Assembly: GCA_051294375.1 (NCBI GenBank)
Contig: CM119270.1
Location: forward strand, 384,713 to 448,712
Direction of reading: 5' to 3'
Source of the DNA: Paraspadella gotoi
Taxonomy: Eukaryota; Animalia; Chaetognatha
Length of the DNA: 64,000 bases
The notes beneath the pieces are model-generated. The model was not told the DNA's origin. It saw only the letters and a list, made by a program, of their open reading frames with translations, and ran no database searches. This document shows positions 13,767 through 26,523 of this stretch, one piece after another (positions within the stretch are counted from its first letter, which is position 1; each line of letters begins with the position of its first letter). A program made the translations under genes and the position numbers.

Positions 13767-14383
13767 ATCTCTCTCTCTCCTCTTTCCCTCATCCTCCATC
13801 TCTGTCTTCTTCTGACACCGACAAAGACACAGGGTCATCCTTTTAATTGATTTTTCTTCTCCTCTTCCTTCTCTCCTTTGTTATACATGCATATTATTTT
13901 CTCCTCTTCCTGTTTCTCTTTTATTTTTTTTTATCTTTTTTTTTTCTAATATTTTTTCTAATTATTCTTAATATTTTTTTAAAATATCTTTATAAAATTA
14001 TCTTCTCCGATTTTTATCCATATCCAAATATTATGTATGGAACCAATTTCAATTAACCGATATTATTATCAATATCATTATTAATATTCACTAACTATAT
14101 ATTAAGCTGTTTTTTTAAATTTCATTAAGCACTAACATCACATCGACTATCTATCGTGATATCTCGATCAAACATCTGGTATCATAAACTTGTCATTAAA
14201 AATCATCTAGCCAAATTTTTATCATCTCATTTCTATCATTAAAATCGCTTCAGATCTGGAAAAAAAAAGTTTGTTAGAATAAAAAAAAAATATTTACTTG
14301 ATTTAAATCGGAAAAAAATAGTTTTATTTCTCTTTCAAAAACGAAAAAGCGAGAAAATTCCTATAAAACGCTTTTGGATACCG

Positions 14384-14425
<42 letters not shown>

Positions 14426-14427
14426 TC

Positions 14428-14467
<40 letters not shown>

Positions 14468-15932
14468 GGTACCCGCGTTATTTTCTTAAAAAATAGACAT
14501 CCCCAAAAAATTTAAGTTATAACAACATATTTTCAAAACGTCAAAAATAAAAATATGAGAATCAAAAATCTAAAGACTTCCGGCATTAAGTTTTTTATAA
14601 TAAAAGAATATATAGATATAAAAGAAAGAAATAATATAAAAATATTTAAAAAAAAGAAAATTAAAAAGAAAAGAAAGAAAATAAAAAGGTTTTTGCGAAA
14701 ACAACAAGAAAAAAAGTTATACGGAAGCCAATGGAGAAAAAATTTAAATATCCGATTCGCATTTAAAAAAAAAAGAAAACCAGGCTAACATTGCATTAAA
14801 AAAAGAAAGAAAGAAAGAAAGAAAGAGAAAGAAAGAAAGAAAAAAGAAAGAAGAGAAGAAAGAAAGAAAGAAAAGAAAGAAAGAAAGTGAAATTTGAGAT
14901 TCCGGCTAACAAGATTTCCGATTGGCAAAGAACGAGATAATGCTGGATTTTTTTTTCTGTTTTTTTTCCTGTTTTTTGAAATCGAGAAATCGCTCTCTCT
15001 TATTTTTTAATTTTTTGTGATATTTTTTAAATTTTTTTTCATCTCAATACTTGATGGTTTTTCATTCCTCTTTTAAAAATCCATTCGCAGAATTTACAAT
15101 CGTGAAAGATTAAAATTTTTATGCCGGTTTATCTTAAATATAAAGATGAAGTCTTGAACATATCAACCCATAAAGTGAAGTTTCTTTATTTTATTCGTTT
15201 ACTTTTTCACTATAAATCAAAATGAATGTCATGTTAGGGCGATTGATTAGTTTTTTTTAATATCAGCTGTAGACTATAAGAATTAAGGGAGATTATAAAA
15301 AGAGAGTCCTATGTTGAGAAAAGTGAATTTTTAAACTCATTGACTAATCGAAAATCTTAGTCCAACTTTCCAATTTAACAATAAATCAATCAGCAATCAT
15401 TTCATCAATCAACCGATCAATTCAATCAACCATTCATTTAATCAATCAACCGCTCAATCAATCAATCAATTAATCAATCAATCAGCAATCATTTAATCAA
15501 TCAAACGATCAATCAATCCATCGAAACATTCTTGTTTTTCCTACGTCGATATTCATAGACAAGATTTTAAAAGATGTTTCACTAAATAATTTCCTTTTAT
15601 TTCGATTTCACATTATCTTTCTGATTGTGGATCATTTCTGGGTCATCCTCTTGTCCCACTCACCTCCCCCTCCTCTTCCCTCGACCCTCCTCCCATTTCT
15701 AAACCCCAACGACCCTTTAGGAGCCCTGTACCCGCCAACCCCGGCCCACGCGGCACGGCGTCCACCGCCTTGGCCGTCGTGGCCGTTCGCCCGGCCAGGC
15801 ACGCGGGTTCGTTTACCGCCGCGGTCGGGATTCTCCTGTCCGGCTTGGCGATCGCCAATCTGGGCAGCCCGTAAGCGTGCCTCGGGGGGCGAGGCCGGGG
15901 CAGCAAGTGCCGCCCTTTCAACTGCCCAAACC
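11640..15932 (+). repeat. Direct duplicate of 18215-20781 (plus the 1.7-kb insertion), ending at a 25-N gap
   Basis: 11660-11780 matches 18260-18380 and 13507-15932 matches 18380-20781, differing mostly by small indels. Includes a copy of the distal LRR-gene exon at 15662-15932. Confidence 0.9.
11780..13506. mobile_element. ~1.7-kb non-autonomous TIR element (superfamily uncertain; hAT- or MULE-like)
   Basis: Present here but absent from the duplicate locus at ~18380. Left end tattagagtccagagcccttatcgac..tcgactacctcaaacggt matches the reverse complement of the right end (tatagagag..tcagagcagctttattcgac..tcgactcacgcaaacggt). ~8-10 bp of CT-rich target appears duplicated. Internal TGAATTCA motif recurs. 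Confidence 0.75.
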
Positions 15933-18209
15933 NNNNNNNNNNNNNNNNNNNNNNNNNATAATATGAAAAATGAGAATGATTTTACTTTGAAAATTTATTC
16001 ATGAAATTATGGATATTTGATATCTTAACAAATTGGTATGATAAACATGCATGTTGTCATGTTGTCGATCGACGTCAACCACCTGAAAAGGGTTTGACAT
16101 ATTAGCGATGAAATATTGAATAATACGATTGATAGTTGATTAATTTAGTTAGGTCGAGATATTTACATTTTATGTTTTCTCACTAGACTTCGGAAGGATC
16201 TTCGATGTCCCGATTTGGGTTTTTCGATTTGCGCTGAGGCGCGACGGAACGCTTCTTTATTTTTGTTGCGATGACTGAGCAGAGAAGGGACCGACAGACG
16301 ATACTTTGAACTTGACGTTCCTGAATCCAAAAATTGTTGCACCCTTTTCACTATCTGTCTGCACGATCTATTTGCATAATTTCATTTTCAATGATGGTCA
16401 AATTTTTGCATGTTTAGCACGAAAATTAATTTGCACTTGTCACTTACCGACGCAACGACGACACTGCTAGCGACGATGCCAACGAATAAGCCAGACAAAT
16501 GATAGACAGCGTGACAGAACGACCAAATAGAGCGTCGAGTGGTCGGTCTGACAGATGCCGAAAACACCTTGTGACGTGACGGGAATCGAACATGATTTTC
16601 CGTATTTCCGCCTAGTTTGGCGAGAAGCGTGGTAAAATGGCGCGGCAGACTGAAACGAAAATTTCTGAATTAAGTTATGAAAATTCTACAAATCGATATT
16701 TTAAAAATTTTATTTGTAAAAACCCGCTCTGGCTCTATCGAAGTATATCTAACTTAAACATCTGATCTCTTACCCTTCGCGACTGCATCTCTAGCGTATC
16801 GGGCACTTCGGGTTTTTGGTAGACATGCACACACACCTGGCACCTGGCCCCTCCCTCTACTGGCCGCCAGGGTGAGGGCATCAACCAACCCATCTTTGCG
16901 CCGAAACGCAAAACAAAAACGATAATGATATAGGTTCCTATGCAGCCGCCGATCGATACTAAAACCTTCTCTAGAGCCGTCATTGCGTACGAGCGAACGA
17001 CCGAAAGACGGCGTCGAACTCGAAAATGAATCGGAGTCGTCGCCGCCCCGACCGCGCCGTTAAAAAGACGGCGTCGCCCGTCGAAGAGCACATTGCGGCA
17101 CTCGACGGCCTCAGCGAACTGAGGCTGCCGGCACAGCAATGCGAGCCCTTCCTCTGGGCTCAGCACGTCTGAGCTCGTCTCCGAAAGGCCATTTAAAAAC
17201 AAAAAGTGCAATTATGAAAATCATTATTGATTGAAGAAATGGGAATTTGCTGTCGGGAAATTAAAGTTTATTCGATTTTATAGGATAATAAATTCTTAAT
17301 TATAATTTCGCACTTTCGAAGAGGATAACTGGACTTATCGTCACACTTACCATTTCGAGCTCAGGAGTAGGAAGAGCAAGATGGGTTTATTTGAAACGAC
17401 TAGACGAACCAATCAGGTCGATTTGAATCAAAAGCGATAAGATTTTGATGAGATATCGAAAATAGATCGAAGCGAATGATTCGAACGATGGACGATCGAG
17501 TATTGCGTGTGAATGTTTTTGTGAATGTTGTTATGTTTTATGTGGGATCCAAATAAGATTGATTTAATTGTAACTTTTCTCGAACTGTTTGGCCGGCAGT
17601 TTTCGATTTGTTCTCAAACAATTTTATATTTCACTAACGATTTTCATTTAAATGCAGCGTCGATTTATTTTCGTTCTTGATTTATTTTCCTATATCTTAG
17701 CTATATGTGATCAATTGTAATACTGTTATAACTATTGTGATTATTTGTGCTAGTGCTTTACATGTGATCATTTGTACACATTGTTATTTTTACCTGCCTG
17801 TTACAAATTTGTTTTGGGGGGAGATGTCAGTAATATTTTAATTAGCCTCCATTTTAGCTATTACGAATGGGATTAACTTTAGTTTCAAATTTTGTGCTCT
17901 CTAAATATTCCTTAGTCTCAAAGTTTAATATCCTGTAAGATTCTCAGAGCTCGCTCCTATTTTGTAAACATTTAGTGGAATTAGATAAACAAAGGGAGAA
18001 GACGGGAAGGAGGCAGAGAATTAAGTGCATTCCATTTTAGTTTCAAGGGATTAAGGACGGTAATATTGTTATCATGGTTTAAATTACATATTACAACTTG
18101 GGCCAATCTACAATTATTTCAGGTAACTTCAAAACTAATTAGACAGATTATGCATAATCCAGCTCTCTATCCATCATCTTTGAGGGCCACAGGACCACGT
18201 TACCAACGG

Positions 18210-18267
<58 letters not shown>

Positions 18268-18548
18268 ATAATGAGACACGTAAAACTTAACAACACGAAT
18301 GTACGACTTCTCATAAAAAGAGGACAATTTCGCTTTTTCGTCGGCTCAAACTTGTCGGTCGTTGTCTTCCTCCTCCTCTTCCTCCTCTTCCCCTACTCCT
18401 CCTCCTCTTCCTCCACCCAGGGGGCGTGGCCTTCGCGGTCAGCGTCGTCCGTGACCTTGACCTATGACCTTGAGATCGACAGTCGATGACCTTGACGTTT
18501 TTTACGACTTCGCTGTTGGCGAGATTTCCTTTTTTTATTCGTCGTTCC

Positions 18549-18629
<81 letters not shown>

Positions 18630-19185
18630 TCCCCATCTCTGTCTCTCTCTGACACCGACAAAGACACAGGGTCATCCACTTTTATTGATTTTTCTTCTCC
18701 TCTTCCTTCTCTCCTTTGTTATACATGCATATTATTTTCTCCTCTTCCTGTTTCTCTTTTATTTTTTTTTATCTTTTTTTTTTCTATATATTTTTTCTAA
18801 TTATTCTTAATATTTTTTTAAATATCTTTATAAAATATCTTCTCCGATTTTTATCCATATCCAAATAATTATGTATGGAACCAATGTCAATTACCGATAT
18901 TATTATCAATATCATTATTAATATTCACTAACTATATATTAAGTTTTTTTTTAAATTTCATTAAGCACTAACATCACATCGACTATCTATCGTGATATCT
19001 CGATCAAACATCTGGTTATCATAAACTTGTCATTAAAATCATCTAGCCAAATTTTTATCATCTCATTTCTATCATTAAAATCGCTTCAGATCTGGAAAAA
19101 AAAGTTTGTTAGAATAAAAAAATATTTACTTGATTTAAATCGGAAAAAAATAGTTTTATTTCTATAAAACGCTTTTGGATACCGA

Positions 19186-19314
<129 letters not shown>

Positions 19315-19647
19315 ACCCCGGTTTATTTTCTTAAAAAATAGACATCCCCAAAAAATTTAAGTTATAACAACATATTTTCAAAACGTCAAAAATAAAAATA
19401 TGAGAATCAAAAATCTAAAGACTTCCGGCATTAAGTTTTTATATATAAAAGAATATATAGATATAAAAGAAAAGAAATAATATAAAATATTTAAAAAAAA
19501 GAAAATTAAAAAGAAAAGAAAGAAAATCAAAAGGTTTTTGCGATAAACAACAAGAAAAAAAGGTTTACGGAAGCCAATGGAGAAAAAATTTAAATATCCG
19601 ATTCGCATTTAAAAAAAAAAGAAACCAGGCTAACATTGCATTAAAAA

Positions 19648-19730
<83 letters not shown>

Positions 19731-20511
19731 TGAAATTTGAGATTCCGGCTAACAAGATTTCCGATTGGCAAAGAAACGAGATAATGCTGGATTTTTTTTT
19801 CTGTTTTTTTTTCCTGTTTTTTGAAATCGAGAAATCGCTCTCTCTTATTTTTTAATTTTTTTGTGATATTTTTTAAATTTTTTTCATCTCAATACTTGAT
19901 GGTTTTTCATTCCTCTTTTAAAAATCCATTCGGCAGAATTTACAATCGGTGAAAGATTAAAATTTTTTTGCCGGTTTATCTTAAATATAAAGATGAAGTC
20001 TTGAACATATCAAACCATAAAAGTGAAGTTTCTTTATTTTATTCGTTTACTTTTTTCACTATAAATCAAAATGAATGTCATGTTAGGCGATTGATTAGTT
20101 TTTTTTAATATCAGCTGTAGACTATAAGAATTTAGGGAGATTATAAAAAGAGAGTCTATGTTGAGAAAAGTGAATTTTTAAACTCATTGACTAATCGAAA
20201 ATCTTAGTCCAACTTTCCAATTTAACAATAAATCAATCAGCCAATCATTTCATCAATCAACCGATCAATCAATCAACCATTCATTTAATCAATCAACCGC
20301 TCAATCAATCAATCAATTAATCAATCAATCAGCCAATCATTTAATCAATCAAACGATCAATCAATCATCGAAACATTCTTGTTTTTCCTACGTCGATATT
20401 CATAGACAAGAATTTAAAAAGATGTTTCACTAAATCATTTCCTTTTATTTCGATTTCACATTATCTTTCTGATTGTGGATCATTTCTGGGTCATCCTCTT
20501 GTCCCACTCAC

Positions 20512-20868
20512 CTCCCCCTCCTCTTCCCTCGACCCTCCTCCCCATTTCTAAACCCCAACGACCCCTTTAGGAGCCCTGTACCCGGCCACCCCCGGCCCAC
20601 GCGGCACGGCGTCCACCGCCTTGGCCGTCGTGGCCGTTCGCCCGGCCAGGCACGCGGGTTCGTTTACGCCGCGGTCGGGGATTCTCCTGTCCGGCTTGGC
20701 GATCGCCAATCTGGGCAGCCCGTAAGCGTGCCTCGGGGGGCGAGGCCGGGGCAGCAAGTGCCGCCCTTTCAACTCCCAACCGTCGGGGATGAAGAGTTTC
20801 TCGTCTTTCGTAAGATAAACGTCGTAGCGAGAGAGGAAGCGCTTCCGGAGTTTGGAGACGTTTGGAAG
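20512..20868 (-). CDS. LRR-protein gene, probable exon L
   Basis: acag|LPNVSKLRKRFLSRYDVYLTKDEKLFIPDGWELKGRHLLPRPRPPRHAYGLPRL...; GC-rich. Ends at a stop (20548) or a gtgagt donor (20511); indels relative to the 15.7-kb copy make the 3' part uncertain. Confidence 0.55.
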
Positions 20869-20964
20869 CTGTTCGAGAGGGAGGAGGGAGGGGAGGGAGG
20901 GTGAGAGAGAGGGGAGGGGGGAGGAAGGGGAGAGAGAGAGTGGAGGGGAGAGAAAGAGGGTAAA

Positions 20965-21042
<78 letters not shown>

Positions 21043-21196
21043 GAGAGGGAGAGAGAGAAGGAACGAACACAAAAAGAGGAAGAAAGGAAAGAGAGATAAA
21101 AAGAGGTAAAAAATAAACTTTGGCCAAAATTAACTTAAATATTACATTATTGATAAGAAGCCTTGACTAAGCTTAAATGACCAGACCAGGCCTCAC

Positions 21197-21306
21197 CTGT
21201 AACAAGTCCTCTGCAGCGGATAAGGGAAAGGAGCTCCGTCAGGCGTGAAATGAGCGTCAGGCGGATGAAGAATCTTAAGCATCGCCAGCTGCTTCTCAGG
21301 TTTCGC
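21197..21306 (-). CDS. LRR-protein gene, probable exon K
   Basis: ttcag|AKPEKQLAMLKILHPPDAHFTPDGAPFPYPLQ..|gtgagg; frame ambiguous (two frames open). Confidence 0.55.
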
Positions 21307-21608
21307 CTGAAGAGTTAAGTGTTATGAGAATGAAGACAACAACAACAACAACGGTAATGAAGAATAATAACTTGGACGGAATTAACAAAAAAAGGATACA
21401 ACAAAAACAAGAATTAAGAATCAGCCTTGATAATAAGATAAATTAAATGCCGCAAATCCACAATGACTTTAACAAGTAAAACAAGTAAAACAGGTAAAAC
21501 AACCTCATTTAGAACAAAAGCAGCAATAATAACTCATTACAACAATGAAAACAACTCCGACCAACATAAAAACAACAAAAACATCAGCAACAACAATATG
21601 CACATTGC

Positions 21609-21676
<68 letters not shown>

Positions 21677-21696
21677 CCTCCCTCTCTCTTTCTCAC

Positions 21697-21928
21697 CTGA
21701 ATCTCTCCAGCAAAGGCTCTATCCACAAAGACTTCCTCCCCAGCCCTGCAGCCCAGCAATCGCCTCCACTTCCGCCATTCTTCCTCCCGCATGGCCTCCA
21801 GCACCGGAGAATCCGTGATGACCTCAGCAGCGACTTCCGTCGTCGGCTGACCGATTGTGAGAAGACGGGCTGCGTGAAGGACTCGGGTCGTAGACTCACG
21901 GGGGCGATGGAGAGATTAGGCGAAGTAG
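21697..21928 (-). CDS. LRR-protein gene, probable exon J (in-frame TAA near its start)
   Basis: Strong ccag acceptor and gtgag donor, GC-rich; the phase-2 frame reads YFA*SLHRPRES...EAMREEEWRKWRRLLGCRAGEEVFVDRAFAGEIQ. Confidence 0.55.
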
Positions 21929-22170
21929 CTGGAGGGGAATGGAGAGAGAGAGAGAGAGAGAGGGAAAGAGAGAAAGAGAGACAGTGAGTAGGGGTGCGGT
22001 TAGTTAATTAGTTAAAAATCGCTGGCGGAAAATAGTTCATGGCAGAGAAATTCAAAAGGATAATATTGATGATGATGATGATGATGTTGATGATGATGAA
22101 GATGATGATGATGATGATGATGATAATGATGATGACGATGATTCTAAGAATGACGATAACGCCCACTCAC

Positions 22171-22289
22171 GTGAGTGGGTCCATCATAGTGGTGAGTGGT
22201 CCTCTTTTGATCGGATACTCAAACTCTGAACAACTCGGAGATTTGATGAAAGAGATGAGAACTTTAAAGACGCGATCCGGATCCTTGAT
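22171..22289 (-). CDS. LRR-protein gene, exon I
   Basis: Polypyrimidine tract then ccag|IKDPDRVFKVLISFIKSPSCSEFEYPIKRGPLTTMMDPL|gtgagt; phases 0/2. Confidence 0.7.
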
Positions 22290-22723
22290 CTGGTAGTGAT
22301 GAAAGAAAAGGGGGCCTTATCTTCCAAAAACGCCAAATGGGGCACTCTCGGAAAAAAGAGCCCTTATCGCGTGTATTTCCAGGTGATAGATGAGCTTTTG
22401 ACCCCCACTGCATCGGAATTCTCTCTTTTATTCTTTAGGGATGGCTAGTAGTCGCTGAGATTCGAGGTTCTATACGCAAAAATAACGAAAGAGCAACCAA
22501 GAGAGTATTAAAAAAAGACAGACCGACCGACCGAAAAGTGACTTATTGAGTTGCTCCGGAGTTCTCGCGGAGCAACCTAAGTAGGAAATTAAAAAAACAA
22601 TTTTATTCGATATCTCTAGGTACAAAAAACGTAACTTAGATGAGGGTTTCATCCTCTCATCCAATTGAAAGATATTAAAAGAAATATCTGCAAAAATACT
22701 AAACAAATTGAGCCACTCGTTAC

Positions 22724-22913
22724 CTTCTCGGCGTATTTCTGCAACGCCCTGTAAAAATTCTTCCTCACTGTAGCGTGTCGGCAGATCCGCTGCAGAGAAC
22801 GAGAATGCAGCTGCGTCGCGGGATTCACCTCCGCAGAGAAACGCGTCGGAGCAGCGGCTGCGGCGGCGGCGGCGTTTTTGGCCGATTTGTTCCATCGATC
22901 GTCAGTCATCCAT
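22724..22913 (-). CDS. LRR-protein gene, exon H
   Basis: ccag|RWMTDDRWNKSAKNAAAAAAAAPTRF...NFYRALQKYAEK|gtaacg; phases 2/0. Confidence 0.8.
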
Positions 22914-23300
22914 CTGGAGGTGGACAAAGGATATATATCAGTCAGTCGGTCGGTCTTTCTTTCAGGTTTTCTGTCTAAATGACTGTCAATTTGTCTGTGT
23001 CTCTGTCTGTACTCTCTACCATTTTCTCTTTGTCATTCTTAGTGAATCTGAAACACTGTCCGTCTGTCTGTCTAGCTATTTGCCTTGCCGTCAGTCATTG
23101 TCTGTCCTATCTTATCTTATCTTATCTTATCCATCTATCTGGCTGTTTGTCCCTCTATTAATCTCTCTTTCTGTCCTCCAGTCTGTTTATCTGTCTGTCA
23201 ATATGTCTGTCTAGCTATTTGTCGCGAGATCAATCCCTTTGTCTTTTTTTCTGTTCATCTCTTTATCTATCCGTCTGTCCGTCTGTCCAAAAACCCAAAC

Positions 23301-23511
23301 CTCAACGTCTTGGGCGTGGCGGTCAACACCAGCGCCGCCTCCACCGCCAACGCGTGTTGCACTCGCGGCGACATCACGTGGCGTTCGCGTTTCCTGTCGC
23401 GCGCCAGGTGGCGCTCTGGATATTGAGAGGTGACGACGACGCGCGGAGATAGATGGCGTACGAGCCAATCGAGACCGCAATAGAGGCAGTCCATCAGCCA
23501 TGGGGACATGC
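23301..23511 (-). CDS. LRR-protein gene, exon G
   Basis: ccag|GMSPWLMDCLYCGLDWLVRHLSPR...HALAVEAALVLTATPKTL|gtttgg; phases 1/2. Confidence 0.8.
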
Positions 23512-23889
23512 CTGGATGGAAGGGAGGAATAAGGAAAGGGACATGGATAAATGGAGGGATAGAAAAAGTTGGACATGGATAGAAGGAGGGATAGTAAGGT
23601 TCGCGGACATACAGACAGACCGACAGATAGAAAGAAAAGCGTTTTATTGTAACCGAGATTAAAAATAAAAAGGTTGAGACCCAAATGGAATTCTATTTTT
23701 AGATACTGTATCTGAATTTTAGATGGAAAAAACTTTCTACTAGTTTTTCTGGGTCAAAAACTGAGAAAAGAAGAAAAAAAGAAAAAGATGATTTAAGAGC
23801 GAAGTTTATTTAGGACAAAAATAAATCGGAGATAAAAATAGATTTTTATTTTCTTTACCGGAAAATAAAGATATGATCAAGAAGAAACT

Positions 23890-23936
23890 TAGCGTCATAA
23901 TCATCGTCATCATAGTCCTCGTCTTTGTTCAACTTT

Positions 23937-23971
<35 letters not shown>

Positions 23972-24499
23972 AATTATCTTCATCGTTATCATCATCATTA
24001 TCATTATTCATTAATATTATCATTATCATAAGTTACTTAATCCTCATTATAAACACTTTGATTATCCTTGTTTTCTTGAATGTCATCATCATCGTTTGAT
24101 CAACATAATCATCTACTTCATTATGATTTAAAATGATATCATCAGCAACATAACATCATCATCATCATCCATATCAATCCAATCGATTAGTATCATCATC
24201 ATCATCAATCATCATGCACGTTCATCATCATATTCATCATCACGTCATTATCATGCATCATCATCATCTAGCCGTCACATTCATCATCGCAATAGACATC
24301 ATGATCATGCATCATCATCATCACAATCATCAACATCAATGCATGCATCACGTCATCAATCATAACATCTAATCATCATCAGCATTCAATCATCATACAT
24401 CATGTATATATCATCATCTATCAGATCATCATCAATCATCAGCGTCATTCATCATCATATCATCATCATCTATCACGGTCATCATCATCATCATCACCG

Positions 24500-24532
<33 letters not shown>

Positions 24533-24893
24533 ACATTATCATCAACATCATCATCATCACCGTCATCATCATCAACATCATAATCATCATCATTACCTGG
24601 TTTTCCATTGAAGTCTCTTTCCACCTGAATTTCCGCAAGAAGGTAAGCGATGATCCTTACCTTCCATTTTCCCGGAAGTCGAAAGATATAGATGATGTCT
24701 AAACCTGGGGTGAGTCATTTAAAGATATAAGAGGAAGTTACTTAAAACAATTTTTATTTAATTCAAATTATATTCTCTTTATTTTCGTTGAGTTTTTTGT
24801 TAATTCACAAAATTCATTTTCGTCATGGTCATCTTCATCATCATCATCGTCATAAACATCATCATAATCATCATCATCATCATCAATATCATT

Positions 24894-24925
<32 letters not shown>

Positions 24926-25070
24926 GATCATCATCATCATCAATATCGTTATCATCAACATAAACATCATCATCATCATCATCATCATAAACATCATGAT
25001 CATCATAATCATCATTATCATCATCATCATCATAAACATCATCATCATCGTCATCAACATTATTATCTTC
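23890..25070. repeat. Long degenerate (ATC)n tracts in LRR-gene introns
   Basis: Source of the poly-His/Met/Ile ORFs; the tracts flank exon F. Confidence 0.9.
24597..24704 (-). CDS. LRR-protein gene, exon F
   Basis: ccag|GLDIIYIFRLPGKWKVRIIAYLLAEIQVERDFNGKP|gtaatg; phases 1/1; unique island between (ATC)n tracts. Confidence 0.8.
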
Positions 25071-25207
25071 TTCAACTTCAATATGAAAAAGCGTTAAAAT
25101 CTACATTATCATTAAGAAGAACAACAACAAGAACAACAACATCATAATTACAACAACAACAACGACCACAACTCCCCCCCCCCCACAATCCCCACAATTC
25201 GTCTGAC

Positions 25208-25463
25208 CCGCCAAGAAATTGATATCCCAAGCGGCGAGGATTTCCTTCAACAACCAAATCGGCGGCGGATAAACTCCGAGGACGAGCAGCAGAAGGATGA
25301 GGAAGTTTAGCTTCGCGTCTCCACGAAGTTGTTGAAGCCGATCGAGGAAATCGAATCGAATCCCGACGCGGAATTCGGAAGCCGTTCTGGAAGAGCGACA
25401 GGCTTTGCGGAGATTCTTGTCCAGAGCCTCTTGGAGTTCCCGTCGGATCATGCGGAGTTTGAT
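25208..25463 (-). CDS. LRR-protein gene, exon E
   Basis: ttcag|IKLRMIRRELQEALDKNL...KLNFLILLLLVLGVYPPPIWLLKEILAAWDINFLA|gtcag; phases 0/1. Confidence 0.85.
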
Positions 25464-25774
25464 CTGAAGGAAAAATATGATTCGTTTAATTAATATTTGA
25501 TTTGTATTCATTCATTCAATTGTGTATCCATTCATTTTATTCATTCATTCAATTGTTTATTCATTCATTGAGTCATTTTAGATTCATTAATTTATTTAAT
25601 TTATTAATTACACGCAATCATTTATTCAAAAATTCAGTCCTTCAATCGATAAATTTATTCATAGATTCATTAATTCAAACTTTCGTTGGGAACTTTTTTT
25701 TATTTATTTATTTATTTCAAACATTTTATTTCTTGTATTCTCTCTTACTTCGCCCTCTCTCTCCGCTCTCTCAC

Positions 25775-25956
25775 CTTGTCAATATCGGGTGACCTCATGA
25801 GGCCCAATTTGGGGTCAGGGATTGAGCCCATGAATTTATAGGCCTTGGGGTTAAAGTTGAAGCCCAAGGGGTCGGCCTCCATCTTCTTCTGCGCCGTCGT
25901 CGCAAAAACTCCGTGAGGTGAGATTTTGTGATAGACGGGAGTCTCGGCGTCGAGGC
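25775..25956 (-). CDS. LRR-protein gene, exon D
   Basis: tcag|..|gtgag; GLDAETPVYHKISPHGVFATTAQKKMEADPLGFNFNPKAYKFMGSIPDPKLGLMRSPDIDK; phases 1/0 consistent. Confidence 0.85.
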
Positions 25957-26381
25957 CTGAAGGGGGGGTGTGATACATTTTGTGATATATTTTGTGAGAG
26001 AAGGGGGATCTGAGTGTCTTGGTCTTGAGAGGATGTGATAAATTTTGTGATAGACGTTGTGATTAATAGTGGTGTGAATTTTAAGACTTCACCTTCTGAG
26101 TAGGTAAAGATCTTTTTTTTTTTAAACTTCTTTTATCTTTCAATTTTTTTTTCTTTCTTTCAAATCCTTTTTTTCCTTTAAAGTCGTTTCTATCAAACCA
26201 CAACTCCTTTCCTTTCTTTCATCACCTTTCCTTTTTTCATCTCCCTTCCTTTCTTTCAACTCTTTCCTTTCAACTCATTTCTTTTCTTTCAACTTCTTTT
26301 TTTCTTGAACTCCTTTCCTTTCATACACCTTATTTCCTTTCTTTCAACTTCTTTCCTTTCTTTCAACTCATTTTCTTTCAC

Positions 26382-26482
26382 CTTTCAAAGCAAACCAAGT
26401 GGAGACTTTGCATCTTTCCGTCGACGTCGCCATGTGACCGTCGATCATCCAAACTTTGGGCAACATGTCGATGAGGTGGAAA
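26382..26482 (-). CDS. LRR-protein gene, exon C (LRRcap)
   Basis: tcag|..|gtgaaa; the phase-2 join completes YR-FHLIDMLPKVWMIDGHMATSTER, matching the YRxxxIxxLPxLxxLDG..ER LRRcap pattern. Confidence 0.9.
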
Positions 26483-26483
26483 C

Positions 26484-26520
<37 letters not shown>

Positions 26521-26523
<3 letters not shown>

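Noticed and set aside
24402-25147. Poly-His, poly-Met and poly-Ile ORFs
   Set aside because: Translations of intronic (ATC)n microsatellite.
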